The notes under the pieces were generated by a model that worked only from the letters and a program-made list of their open reading frames with translations, did not search any database and was not told where the DNA came from. The translations under genes were made by a program, and so were the position numbers. From Mobula hypostoma (taxonomy: Eukaryota): a stretch of DNA of 64,000 nt. The DNA lies in NCBI RefSeq assembly GCF_963921235.1, contig NC_086107.1:113276001-113340000 (forward strand), written 5' to 3'. Positions 22,579-36,000 of this stretch are shown here, in pieces; the first letter of the stretch is position 1; the number at the start of each line of letters is the position of its first letter.

Positions 22579-24968
22579 ATAGATGTAAAACAGAAAGGTT
22601 TGGAAATGTTCAGCAGGTCAAGCAGCATCCATGAAGAAGAATAAACAGGTGACATTTCACCTCTGCCCAAAATGCCAACTGCTTATTCCTTTCCACAGAT
22701 GCCGCCTGACCTACTGAGTTCCTCCGGCATTTTGTGTGTGTTGATTTGGATTTCCAGCATCTGTAGAATCTCTTGTGCCTATAGTTTCAATTCATTGACC
22801 TTTCATTATCAGAATCAAGTTAAGTATCGCCGGCATATGTTATGAAATTTGTTTTCTTGGTGTCAACAGTAAAATACAATATATAATAATAATAATAGAA
22901 AAAATCTGTGAATCGCAGTAAGTATATATATTAAATAGTTAAGTTAAATAAATAGTACAAACCCAGAAATAAAAAAGTAGTGAGGTTGCGTTCCTCACCA
23001 AACCCAGCTCCTCTCTCTAATTGCCCTCGAGATGGTGCTGGTGAGCTGCTGCAGTCCTTTGGGTGTGGATATACCCGCAAAAATATTAAGGAGCGAGCTC
23101 CAAGACTTCGACCCAGCGATGGTAAAGGAATGGTGACGTATTTCCAAATCAGGATGACATATGGGTTTGAGAGCGACTTCTAGCTAGTGGTGTTCCCTAT
23201 GCTTTTAAGACCATAAGACGTAGGAGCAGAATGAGGCCATTCAGCCCATTGATCTGTTTGGCCATTCAATCGAGGCCAATTCATTTTCCCTCTCTACCCC
23301 ATTCTACTGCCTTCTCTCCATAACCTTTGACACCCCCTACCAATCCAGAACCTATCAACCTCCGCTTTAAATACACCCTTCTTACTCTGACTCCTCATCT
23401 TCTTTCTTCAGTCCTGATGAAGAGTTTCAACCTGAAACGTCAACTGTTTATTCGTTTCCATAGATGCTGCCTGTCCTGCTGAGTCCCTCCAGCATTTTGT
23501 ATGTGTTGCTTAAATACACCCCATGACTTGGCCTCCATAGCCATCCGTGGCAATGAATTCCACAGATTCGCCACCCTCCAGCTAAAGAAATTCCTCCTCA
23601 CCTCTGTTCTAAATGGATGTCCCTCTTTTCGAAGGCTGTGCCCTTGGGTTTGGAGGTTTGGCTGATTTAAGTGCTGGGCCAGATTGAAAAGTTTGGGGTG
23701 TTGGGAACGGAGGCGAGGGATGGGCCAATGTTCAGCTCACTACTCCGCGAGGTTTACTCACCCCTGTGCTGAACTGAAGCTGCGGCTTGCAACTAACAGG
23801 CTTCCGGACCGGCCTTGTGGCTGTGAACTCACTGTCAATGAATTCCATTTGCTTACTTTTTACTGTTTGCACAATTTGTTTCTTTTTGCACACTGGGTGA
23901 TTGATGGTCCCCTTTTACAATGGGTTCTACTGGGTTTCTTTGTCTTGTGGCTGCCTCTAAGAAGATGAATCTCACAGTTGTATAATAGTATACATACTTT
24001 GATAATAAGTGTACTTTGAACTTTGAACCTAGACTCCCACATAATCGGAAATATGCTCTCCACATAAACTCCATCAAGACACCTTCTCTCCAATTACAGC
24101 ACATCCCTTCTTTAAAAGGGGTCCAAAACTGTTCACAATACTCCAAGCATTGTCTGACCAATGCCTTATGAAGTTTCAGCATTACATTCTCGCTTCTCTG
24201 TGCTCCCCCTGTCCTTCTTGTCACTGGAGGTGGTGGCTTTGGAAGGTGCTTTTTGAGGGGTCTTGGTGAGTCGTTGCATCCTGTAGATGGGTTCTCTCGG
24301 GGGCTGGGGTTTCTCTCCCACATCCCACCGAGTGCTGGATTCATTGGCCACTGTAACTTATCCGCAGTGCGCAGGGGAGCGGTGGAATCAGTCTGCTGCT
24401 GCTGGGAATGTGGGAAAAAAATACAAGAAGGTTAATGTAGGATTAAAGATGAGATGAACTTTATTTGTCTCATGTACTTTGAAACATCGAAACGTACCGT
24501 GAAATGCTTTGTTTTTGTCCACGATGAGCACAGTCTGAGCGTCGTGCTGGGGGCAGTCCGCAAGGGCCGCCATGCTCCCGGCGCCGACATTCTGGCGCCG
24601 ACATTCCGGCACCAACATTCCGTGCCCACAACTTACTAACCCTAACCTGTACACGTCTAGACTGCGGGAGCGAACCAGAGCACCCGGAGGAACCCACGCA
24701 GTCACCGGGAAAACGTAAAATCTCTTCACGGACGGGCAGCGGGAATTGAACCCCGGTCTTCGAGCTGACCTTGTAAAGCGTTGTGCGAATGGGGGCGCGA
24801 CCATGCTACTCATTAGTGCTTGAGGGTCAGTGTTGATCCGGTGAGGTGAAGGACCTGTTTCTGGGCCCTAGGCCTCTGTGACAAAAATCTTCGTAATTCG
24901 GAAAGTGTGTAGCTCGGGTGGTCGATGGTGGGGTTGAGTGGTTCTCCGATTTTGGCAATTCACCATGC

Positions 24969-25328
24969 GAGGAGACATCGTCAGTGCTCTGTACACTTGT
25001 GGTGAGTCGTCCGAATGCTTGGCCTTTATATACTTATCAATCAGCTGATTGGTCGTCATTACAGAAACTCAATTACCATGTAGGGGGAGTACCTCATTGC
25101 TGATTAATTGCGTGGCGAACTCCCGTGAGTTGTGGTCTGAACCAACGCGGACAAAGCTCCAGGCGACAACGCACAGAGCTGGCCACGCAACCAATCAGTA
25201 ACGAGATCTCCTCCCTACATCACACTGAGTTTCTGTAATGATGGCCAATCAGCTGATTAATACATACATAATGGCCAAGTATTCGGAGGACGTGCCACAA
25301 ATGAACAACACTCTGACAATATCTCCTC
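24969..25328. mobile_element. Imperfect ~360-bp fold-back (MITE-like palindrome)
   Basis: gaggagacatcgtcag pairs with ctgacaatatctcctc; aatcagctgattggtcgtcattacagaaactca pairs with tgagtttctgtaatgatggccaatcagctgatt. Confidence 0.7.
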
Positions 25329-25732
25329 CTACAGTGACAAAATATTTGCAGATGAATTGGCCAGATCAGAGAACAACTCAACTAAAATATCCATCATTAC
25401 CAATGCTCAGCCTGTGAGCCTCAGAACTAAACGTGCTAACCAGCAGTATTTTCCAGTTCCAGTACAGTTGTGTACTCTACACGATGATTTGTCCTTTTTC
25501 AATTGGTTGTATTCATCACTGCCAATCCTGCAAAAACATTTTGGTTCACTCCAGCTGAACATTCTAACTATAAGCCTATTCCTCCATTACTCAGCTCAGA
25601 CCTTGTTCAAGCAGAATGGCCATTTATACTTTGATTTTTCTTTCATGAATTTTAAAAAAAGCTAAAACTTTGGCCTCACTAACTGTCTGCAAAAAGTCAA
25701 TTTGACCTCTATACTTTTGTACCACCCTACAT

Positions 25733-26196
25733 TATTGTTCCCTCTAAGCTGCGTGGGTGCGTGGCCGCACGGTAACTGAAATGCTCCTGTGCACATAGCC
25801 TTTGTAGCCACGCAGCTGGGACTTTCCTTTGAGATACAGTACGGAATAGACACTTCCGGTCCTTTGAGCTGCGACATCCAGCAACCCCTTGTTTAATCCT
25901 AGCCTAACCAGGGGAGAATTTACAATGACCAACCAACTGGTACGTCTTTGGACTGTGGGAAGGAAACCCGAGCACCTGAAGGAAACCCATGTGGTTACGG
26001 GGAGAACGTATGAGATCCTTGTAGGCAGTGGTGGGATTTGGATCCAGGTCGCTGGTACTGTAAAGCGTTGTGCTAACCACTACACTAGCGTGCCACCCTT
26101 TATATAATGTTTTATCAAAGCGCCATGCAGTTTTCAGGCCGTGTAAAAATTTCCTGTTCAGAGCAATGGTTGTAAATAAAAATAAGGGGAACATTG
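25733..26196. mobile_element. Non-autonomous hAT element (same TIR family as 3894-4694) interrupted by a SINE
   Basis: TIRs tattgttccctc / ggggaacattg; degenerate 8-bp TSD ccctacat / cactccat. Confidence 0.6.
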
Positions 26197-27231
26197 CACT
26201 CCATGCTATACACTGAAGTCAATTGATGTGAAGATGTTTTGCATTGAGACACTCAGTGATGCATGGTAGCATAGCCGTTAGCACAACGCTTTACAGCGCT
26301 GGCGTTCAGCGATCGGGTTCCATCCCCGGCACTGACCATAGAGAGTTTGTACATTGTCCCTCTGACGATGTGATTTTCCTCCAGGTACTCTGCTTCCCTC
26401 ACGCATTAGGGTTAGAGTGTTGCAGGCACGCTGTGCCAGCAGCGGAAACATTTCGACACTGGTGGCCCGCTCCCTGCACAATCCTTAACAACTTGATTTG
26501 ACACAAATATACATTTCACTCTGTGTTTCAACGTGCACGAGAATGTGCGAACTCCTTACCGACAGCGGTGGGAATTGTACCCCAGTCGGTAATCACTGGC
26601 ACAGTAACGCAATGCCTCAACTCCTACGGTACTGTGCCACCGTAAGCAACACCCACAAAATGCTAGGGGTTGCTCAGCAGGTCAGGCAGCATCTATGGAG
26701 GGGAATGAACAGACGATGTTTCAGGAATGATGAGACGTCGGCTCCAATGCCTGACCTGCTGGGTTCCTCTTGCATTTTGTGTGTGGTACTCTTCTACATG
26801 CCTCATCGAACCAGAGCTGGTCTCCTGGCTTGTTGGCGAAAGCAGGAGATACGTTGGGCCTTGAGGTTACAGACGGTGAGCAAGTACGGTTCTGCTGGGT
26901 GAGAGTTGGTACCACGTGTTTCAGATACACTTGGTTTTTTCCCGTCAATTTTAGCCTGACTCTATCCCATCCCTGATTTGGAAATAGATCCACGGTTACC
27001 TAGTGGTTAGAGCAAGGCTCTACAGTACCAGCGACCCAAGTTCAATTCCTGCAGCTGTCTGTAAAGAGTCTGTATGTTCTCTCCGTGACTGCGTGGGTTT
27101 CCTCTGGGTGCTTCGGTTTCCTCCCACAGTCCAAAGATGTATCAGTTGGTAGGTTAATTGGTCATTGTAAATTGTCCCTTGAGTAGGCTAGGATTAAATC
27201 AGGGGATTGCTGGGTGGAGTGGCTTGAAGAC

Positions 27232-28065
27232 TTGGCCACTCCAGGTCATTAATTTTCTTGTTTTTAAGACATTCCTGTGTAGCTTTGGTTTTATGCTTGA
27301 GTCATTGTCTTGCTGGAAGACAAATCTTCTCCCAAGTCACAGTTCTCTTGCAGACTGCATTAGGGTTTCCTCCAGGATTTCCCTGTATTTTGCTGCATTC
27401 ATTTTACCCTCTACCTTCACAAGCCTTCCAGGGCCTGCCGCAATGAAGCATCCGCACAGCATGATGCAGCCACTACCATGCTTCACGGTAGGGATGGTGT
27501 GTCTTTGATGATGTGCAATGTTTGGTTTACGCCAAACATAGAGTTTAGTCTGAAGGCCGAAAGGCTCAATTCTGGTTTCATCAGACCATAGAACCTTCTT
27601 CCAGCTGACTCCAGAGTCTCCTACGTGCCTTCTGGCAAACTCTAACCATGATTTCATGTGAGTTTTTTTCCAACAGCGGCTTTCTCTTTGCCGCTGTCCC
27701 GCAAAGCTGCAACTGGTGAAGTACCCGGAGACTGCCGTATGCACAGTCTCTCCCATCTTGGCTTGTAACTCCTCCAGAGCTGTCATAGGTCTCTTGGTGG
27801 CCTCCCTCACTGGTCCCTTTCTTGCACAGTCACTCAGTTTTTGAGGACGGCCTGCTCTAGGCAGATTTACAGCTGTGCCATATTCTTTCCAGTTCTTGAT
27901 GATTGACTTAACTGTACTCCAAAGGATATTCAGTGACCTGGAAATTTGCTTCTATCCATCTCCTGACTTGTGCTTTTCAATAATCTTTTTGTGGGGTTAC
28001 TTGGAGTGTTCTGTTGTCTTCAGGGTGTAGTTTCGTCCAGGATACTGTTTCGCCAATAGTTGGAC
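27232..28065 (-). mobile_element. Tc1-like transposase pseudogene fragment
   Basis: REATKRP..LEELQ..LEFARRH..WKKVLWSDETRIE.FG..YVWRK..TIPTVKHGSG.IM..GCF.AAGPGRLVKVEGKMNAAKYREILEE; truncated and disrupted. Confidence 0.9.
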
Positions 28066-28777
28066 TGCCAGAGATCTCCCATGTCAACATCTGCCAATCA
28101 CGATTTCACTGTCTCTTGAAGCCCAACCCTATGTCCTCATGTTGGGTAAGGCTGGCCAACCGGGCTCTGGCGAAGCCCTATGGATAGAATGGATTACAGA
28201 AACACTGATGAACTACCGTCCACTGGGGGCAGTCATCCATTGGAAGCTAAGGCCCCAAGAAGAAGATTTTACATGTACTAGGAATTTGCTGTGGGTCCTT
28301 TTCCCCAGCCCTTTATTTCTTTCACGAATCAACTTGCCAGCTCTTAACTTCAGCTCTGTCCCCTCTCCCAGTTTCACCTGTCACCTTCCACCTTGTACTT
28401 CTTCCTCCCCTCCCCCCACCTTCTAGCTTTGACTTCTCCCCTTCTTTTCCAGTCCCGCTGAAGGGTCTTGGCCCGAAACGTCGACTGTAGGTGCTGCCTG
28501 GTCTGCTGAGTTTCTCCAGTAATTTGTGTGTATTGCTTGGATTTCCAATATCTGCAGACTTTCTTGTCAGTGTAATGCTGAGGCTTTATAAGGCACTGGT
28601 CAGACTGAGTCTAGAATATTGTGAGCTGTTTTGGGCTTCTTATCCAAGAATGGATGTGCTGGCATTGGAGAGGGTCCAGAGGAGGTTCATGAGAACGATC
28701 CCAGGAATAAAAGCGTTAATGTATGAGGAGCATTTCATGGCTCTAGGCCTGTACTCACTGGAGTTTAGGAGAACGAA

Positions 28778-29150
28778 GTCATAGTCATAGTCATACTTTA
28801 TTGATCCCGGGGGAAATTGGTTTTTGTTACGGTTGCACCATAAATAATTAAATAGTAACGTGTAAATTATGCCAGGAAATGTCCAGGACCAGCCTATTGA
28901 CTCAGGGTGTCTGACCCTCCAAGGGAGGAGATGTAAAGTTTGATGGCCACAGGCAGGAATGACTTCCTATGATGCTCTGTGCTGCATCTCGGTGGAATGA
29001 GTCTCTGGCTGAATGTACTCCTGTGCCCACCCAGTACATTATGTAGTGGATGGGAGACATTGTCCAAGATGGCATGCAACTTAGACAGCATCCTCTTTTC
29101 AGACACCACCGTGAGAGAGTCCAGTTCCATCCCCACAACATCACTGGCGA
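28778..29150 (-). mobile_element. Rex1-like LINE 3' fragment with (GACTAT)n tail; second copy ~37505-37755
   Basis: ASDVVGMELDSL..ILDNVSHPLH..STFSQRL..PRCSTE.HRKSFLPVAIKLY. Confidence 0.7.
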
Positions 29151-29164
29151 TGGAAGGGGCGGGT

Positions 29165-30030
29165 CTTATTGGGTGAGTGGGCAAATTCATGGCAGATGCA
29201 ATTTAATGTGGATAAATGTGAAGTTATCTACTTTGGTGGCAAAAATAGGAAAACAGATTATTATCTGAATGGTGGCCGATTAGGAAAATGGGAGGTGCAA
29301 CGAGACCTGGGTGTCATTATACACCAGTCATTGAAAGTGGGCATGCAGGTACAGCAGGCAGTGAAAAAGGCAAATGGTATGCTGGCATTTATAGCGAGAG
29401 GATTCGAGTACAGGAGCAGGGAGGTACTACTGCAGTTGTACAAGGCCTTGGTGAGACCACACCTGGAGTATTGTGTGCAGTTTTGGTCCCCTAATCTGAG
29501 GAAAGACATCCTTGCCATAGAGGGAGTACAAAGAAGGTTCACCAGATTGATTACTGGGATGGCAGGATGTTCATATGAAGAAAGACTGGATGAACTGGGC
29601 TTGTACTCGTTGGAATTTAGAAGATTGAGGGGGGATCTGATTGAAACGTATAAAATCCTAAAGGGATTGGACAGGCTAGATGCAGGAAGATTGTTCCTGA
29701 TGTTGGGGAAGTCCAGAACAATGGGTCACAGTTTGAGGATAAAGGGGAAGCCTTTTAGGACCGAGATTAGGAAAAACTTCTTCACACAGAGAGTGGTGAA
29801 TCTGTGGAATTCTCTGCCACAGGAAACAGTTGAGGCCAGTTCATTGGCTATATTTTGGAGGGAGTTAGATATGGCCCTTGTGGCTACGGGGGTCAGGGGG
29901 TATGGAGGGAAGGCTGGGGTGGGGTTCTGAGTTGGATGATCAGCCATGATCATAATAAATGGTGGTGCAGGCTCGAAGGGCCGAATGGCCTACTCCTGCA
30001 CCTATTTTCTATGTTTCTATGTTTCTATGT
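29165..30030 (+). mobile_element. CR1 LINE 3' fragment (RT C-terminus), young subfamily also at ~13376-13810 and ~32450-32945
   Basis: ORF 29169..29930 [61 protein letters not shown]; 3' tail (TTTCTATG)n. Confidence 0.92.
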
Positions 30031-33000
30031 AAACCTACCGAATATTGAAAGGCCTAGATAGAGTGGATGTGGAGAGGATGTTTCCTATAGTGGGGGAGTG
30101 TAGGACCGGAGGACACAGCCTCAGAATACAAGGATGTCCCTTTAGAACAGAGTTGATGAAGAATTTCTTTAGCCAGAGGATGGTGAGTCTGTGGAATTCA
30201 TCATCACAGACAGCTGTGGAGGTCAAGTCATGGGGTATATTTAAAGCGGAAGTTGATAGGTTCTTGATTAGCCAGGGCATCAAAGGTTACGGGAAGAAGG
30301 GAGGAGAATGGTGTTGAGAGAGATAGTAAATCAGCCATGCTGGACTTGATGGACCGAATGGCCTAGTTCTGCTTCTATGTCATTTGGTCTGATGGTCTTA
30401 GTTCAAGCTGAACAGGGTTGGTTCTGTAAACTGGAAGGGGGAAACAGTGAGAGGGGTTTGCAGTGATGGAAGCGAAGTTGTGTGAAGGAATCCAAGGTGC
30501 CATGGAACTTCGAGGGGGGGGAGGAGCGTAGTGAAGGGCAACAAACACAGGAGGTACATATAACAGAAGAAAAAAATGAAAATCCAATCATCTAAAAACA
30601 TTTAAAAAATTCACAAATGAGTGGTTCTTATCTGGCAATGATTGTATCAGGTGCTGGGGCTAGAACGTTTATCTCCTCGGTGATAAGTTCTGGGCATTGC
30701 TATCGTCAGGAATGGCTGGTATTCTGTTTGCTACTGGGAATTCCAGGGCTTAGGACTTTGGCACCTGAAGGTATGGCCAGCTCCGGTCGGAGCTGGGGGG
30801 GGGGCGGGGGTGGTCACGGAGGGGCGGAGGGGTGGAGCAGGCGAGGGAGGTGAGGGGAGAGGGGAAGGTATCTTGCTCCTCGTCGAATGGGTGGCCGCAG
30901 CCTGCCGCCTCCCCAACTCCCACAAGTCGCTGACTACCAACCCTGCCGACCGCTGCTGTCTCCCTCATCACTCAGGGAGGCCGCGTGTATCCTGCCCTCC
31001 GGGCGGATTGAGGAACCCCTTCTAAAGCAATGGGAGGGGGTTTCGGTTCCCTAGTATATCGTTAACAGAGCATCTTGAGCAGTGGGCAGAGGTGAATCGG
31101 AATCAGGTTTAACGTCTCTGGCATATACAATGACGCTTGTTATTTTGTGGCAGCAGTACAGTGCAATAGACAAAAAAAAACCTATAAATTACAATAAGAA
31201 ATATATTTAGAAACAAAAACATTACATTAAATAATTGGTGCAAAAAGAGAGCAAAAAGAATAGTGAGGTAGTGTTCAACGTCCATTCAGAAAGCTGATGG
31301 CGGAGGGGAAGAAACTGTTCCTGAATCGTTGAGTGTGTGTCTTCAGGCTCCTGTATCTCCTCCCTGACGCTAGGCCACACCTGGGGTATTGTATATAGTG
31401 CTGGTCACCCCACTACAGGAAAGATTTTGAGGCCTTGGGGAGGGTGTAGAAGAGGTTTACCAGGATGTTGCCTGCTTAGAGGGTATGTGTTAGCACGAGA
31501 GGCTGGAAAAACTTGGGTTGTTTTCTCCAGAGTGTCGGAGACTGAGAGGAGATCTGATAGAGGTTTATAAGATTATGAGAGGCAGAGATGGAGTAGATGG
31601 AGAGTATCTGTTTCCTAGGGTAGAAATGTCTAATACCAGAGGGCATGCATTGGAGGTGCAAGGGGGTAGGTTCAAAGTGGATGTGAGGGTTAAGTTTTTT
31701 ATTCAGAGTGGTGTTGTTGCCTGGAATGTGCTACCTGGTATGCTGGTAGAAGCAAGTACATTAGAAGCTCTTAAGAGACATTCAAATAGATACATGGATG
31801 TGAGGAAGATGGAGGGATACGGACATAATGTAGGTAGGAGGCATCAGTGCTTGGGTGTTTTTTATTTGCTCCTTAGTTGGTTTAGTACAAAATTGTGGGC
31901 TGAAGGGCCTTTTCCCATGCTGTACTCTTCTATGTGTACGTCAATGAGAAGACGGCATGTCCTGGGAGGTGGGAGCCTTTAATGATGGACGAACCTTGTG
32001 TCACTTTGTGGGGTGGCAGAGAGTGAGACAGCCTCATTTCGCCCCCCCCCCCAGTTTCTGAGAGATCGACCTTATAGACGTCGGCCAGCCCCCCCTTCAT
32101 TTCCAGCCCCTCTTCATGCACCTCACCACTGACTGCTGTGCCTTCACTGCCGGGGCCCTAACCTCTGGGCTCCCTTCCTCTAGTCCTTTAAGATTAGAAC
32201 TGTCAGCAAACCGTCAGGTCATGAAGTTCAAGTGCAAGTTTAATTGTCATTCGACCATACGTGAATACCCATGAATACGGACAAACGAAACAGCGTTACT
32301 CTGGGACCAAGGTACAAAACACAGAACCAACAGTCACACACAGCACAAAGCACATATAGCACGTAACACACAACACATATCAGTAAAATACGGTCACACA
32401 AATAGATAGTCCAAGAGCATGAACGTGGCAGCAGCCTGCTGCCGAACACAAGAAGGTTCACCAGATTGATTCCTGGGATGGCAGGACTTTCATATGAAGA
32501 AAGACTGGATGAACTGGGCTTGTACTCGTTGGAATTTAGAAGATTGAGGGGGGATCTGATTGAAACGTATAAAATCCTAAAGGGATTGGACAGGCTAGAT
32601 GCAGGAAGATTGTTCCTGATGTTGGGGAAGTCCAGAACAAGGGGCCACAGTTTGAGGATGGAGGGGAAGCCTTTTAGGACCGAGATGAGGAAAAACTTCT
32701 TCACACAGAGAGTGGTGAATCTGTGGAGTTCTCTGCCACAGGAAACAGTTGAGGCCAGTTCATTGGCTGTGTTTAAGAGGGAGTTAGATATGGCCCTTGT
32801 GGCTATGGGGGTCAGGGGGTATGGAGGGAAGGCTGGGGCGGGGTTCTGAGTTGGATGATCAGCCATGATCATAATAAATGGCGGTGCAGGCTCGAAGGGC
32901 CGAATGGCCTACTCCTGCACCTATTTTCTATGTTTCTATGTTTCTAATACAGCCTGTCTTCTGCTCAGCGAAACTGGGTTGGGGGCAGCCCTGACTCCAG

Positions 33001-36000
33001 CTTGGAAGCCATGCCAAGCCATCTCTGGTAGTGTGCACCAACCCCGATGCCTCGCTCTGGGACGGCTGTAAACAGGCGGCACCGCGGCTTGAGGCCTAGT
33101 CCTCGAAACATCCAAGGCCACGCAGCTGCCCTGCCGCCTGCCCCTGTCAACCGCCAATAGATCAGTGAATCGGACTTGCAGCATTCCACCTTAACAATGC
33201 CCAACAGGGTCTGGCGATCACAGGAAAGGCGACTAAGATGATCACTCGCTGTTAGACTGCACTCCGCCTTCGCACACCAACTCCTCCGATGCCTCTCTGA
33301 CGCAGGTAGCGGCACGATCCCCACCAAGTCCAGCTCCTTCAGCTTTTCCACCAAAGAACAACTCAATGATGGGATAGACCTGCAGTACCTCAAGATCTTA
33401 ACATCCAGCAGGGTCTTGCAATCATAAAAAATATCTTTATGAAAGACAATAACGCCTTGGGTGCACCCCGTAGAAGCTGCTATGATCGAACGTGATGCCA
33501 TCTTACCTGAAATCCGAAACTGTCATTGGCCGCACTCTACCATCACGACACGACTTGTACGTGTCCAGGAAAGAGAAGCAGGAAGGAAAACATTACAGGC
33601 GCCACTTACCCTGCAAGCTGCCTTTTCCAAAAGCTCCCTTCGGGAAAGCACTACAGGGCTATTAAAATAAAAAAATTCAAACCATCTTAAATGCTTCTTC
33701 CTCTCAACAGTAAATCTGATCAACCATTCTAGTGAACCCCACTCCACACCCCCCTCTATCTATGACCTCAGTCACTGTAAGCACTTTAAATCATTTATTA
33801 TAATGCTGTTGACTTTGTAGATACTTGCTGGCATTTATATATGTATCTATACATGCTTTATTCTATATCCGTACTTTAACCTCTAACTTCATTTTTATAT
33901 AATTCTTTATTCTTTATAATTGTTGGATGTTGTTATTGCAAGCCATGCCAAAACACCACAGCAGATTCCTAATACATGTAAGCACACAATCTGCAACCCT
34001 CTTAATTAGGTGCACCAGTACACCTGCTCGTTAATGCAAATATCCAATCAGCCAATCATGTGGCAGCAACTCAATGCATAAAAGCATGCAGACATGGTCA
34101 AAAGGTTCAGTTGTTGTTCAGACCGAACATCAGAACGGGGGAAGAATGTGATGTAAGTGACTCCGACAATGATTTGTTGGTGTCAGATGGGGTGGTTTGA
34201 GTATCTCGGAAAGTGCTAATCTCCTGCGATTTTTCACACACAGCGGTCTCTAGAATTTACAGAGAATGGTGCGAGGAACAAAAACAAATTCAGTGAGGGG
34301 CAGTTCTGTGGGCAAAAGCGCCTTGTTAATGAGAGAGGTCAGAGGAGAATGGCCAGATTGGTTGAAGCTGACAGGAAGGCGACAGTAACTGAAATAACCA
34401 CACCTTACAACAGTGGTGTGCAGAAGAGCATCTCTGAATGCACCATATGTTGAACCTGGAAGTGGATGGGATACAGGAATAGAAAACCATGAACGTACAT
34501 TCAGTGGCCTCTTTATTAGGTACAGGAGGTGACCAATAAAGTGGTCCCTGAGTGGATGGAAACTAGTGCACAGTTTTCCTCTCGAGGGCGAGGAACTGAG
34601 GGATAGCAGTGTACTCCTAACTCCTTAAGAGACGCAGTTGGTAGACAGGGACGGACCAGTGTGTGAAAAATCCAGGATACACAGAAAGGACACCGTACAT
34701 ATTTCATTTGAAACAAGAAAAGGCAAACAGTGAGAGACAGAAAGTACTTTCAGATTCAAGGGTGCAGATTAATCCCTTCAGAACAATCTGAATCCTTGCC
34801 TGATATCTTGCCTTTGTCGTCTTTGATAAATGGGGACAAATGCTCTAAACAGTTGGTGTTTTTGGAAACAAAGTTTGCTAACCGCCACTGACATTGGGTA
34901 AACTGCAGTGTAAACACCGCTTGAAGGTTAGCAGGGTGGGAGAGGTTGTGTGTGTTCAGTCTACGAGGAGACTGAGAGAATTGCTAGGACGTCACCTCCT
35001 GCTCTTCCCTGGGTCTTCATCACCTTTGTTGACAGCAGCTGTGACCTTCAACGGTCTGAATTCCACAGAGCAAGGAATCAGGCCCTTCACCCATCAATTC
35101 CATGCAGCCGTTTATACTACACCATGGCAGTGTAGTGATTAGCATGGCACTATCACAGTTCAGCACGTCAGGGTTCAGAGTTCAATCCCAGCATCCTGTA
35201 TAAGGAGTCTCTGTACGTTCTCCCCTGTGCAATGTGTGAGTTTCCTCCGGGTGCTCTGGTTTCCTCCCATGGACAAAGACGTACCGGTCGATAGGTTAAC
35301 AGGTTATTGTAAACTATTTGGTGATTAGGTTTAGGGTAATCGGGTCTGTTGGAGTTTGCTGAAGGGCCTATTCCGCACAGTGTCGCTAAATAAAAAAAAT
35401 AAATATTTTTATGCAACTGTCATGCCCTCCCCTTATCCTACACACAAACGATTCTGTAGAAATCTTGAGAAAGGCACACAAAATGTTGGAGGAACTCAGC
35501 AGGTCATGAGGGGAATAAACAGTCAACGTTACGGCACGATGTCCGTTCAGTTTTGATGAATCGTTTTGGCCTGTAACATTGACGGTTTATTCCTCTCAAT
35601 ATCTGCTGTCTGACCTGCTGCATTCCCCCTTCCCCCAGTGTTATGTGCGTGTTCCCGTTTACCTTCCTCTCCTCCAGGGAAAACAGAGCCAGTCTCCTTG
35701 GACTCTCCTGATTTCCTCCGCCCCAGGTAACATCATCTGTCCCATCACCAATACCATCCCTTCCTCTGGGGTGGTGACCAGAACTGTACAGAGTACTCCA
35801 GCTAAATTTATATGTGTTTAACACTTATAAACAATTTATAAGCGTTTTTGAACTTGACCAGTGTTCTTTAAGTTCAAGTTTAAGTTTATTGTTCTTCAAC
35901 CGTACACGGCTGAAAGAGACAACATTCCTCCAAACCATGGTGCACAACACAGTACATATAACTCACACACATTAGATTAGATTAGATTAGATTATGAAGA

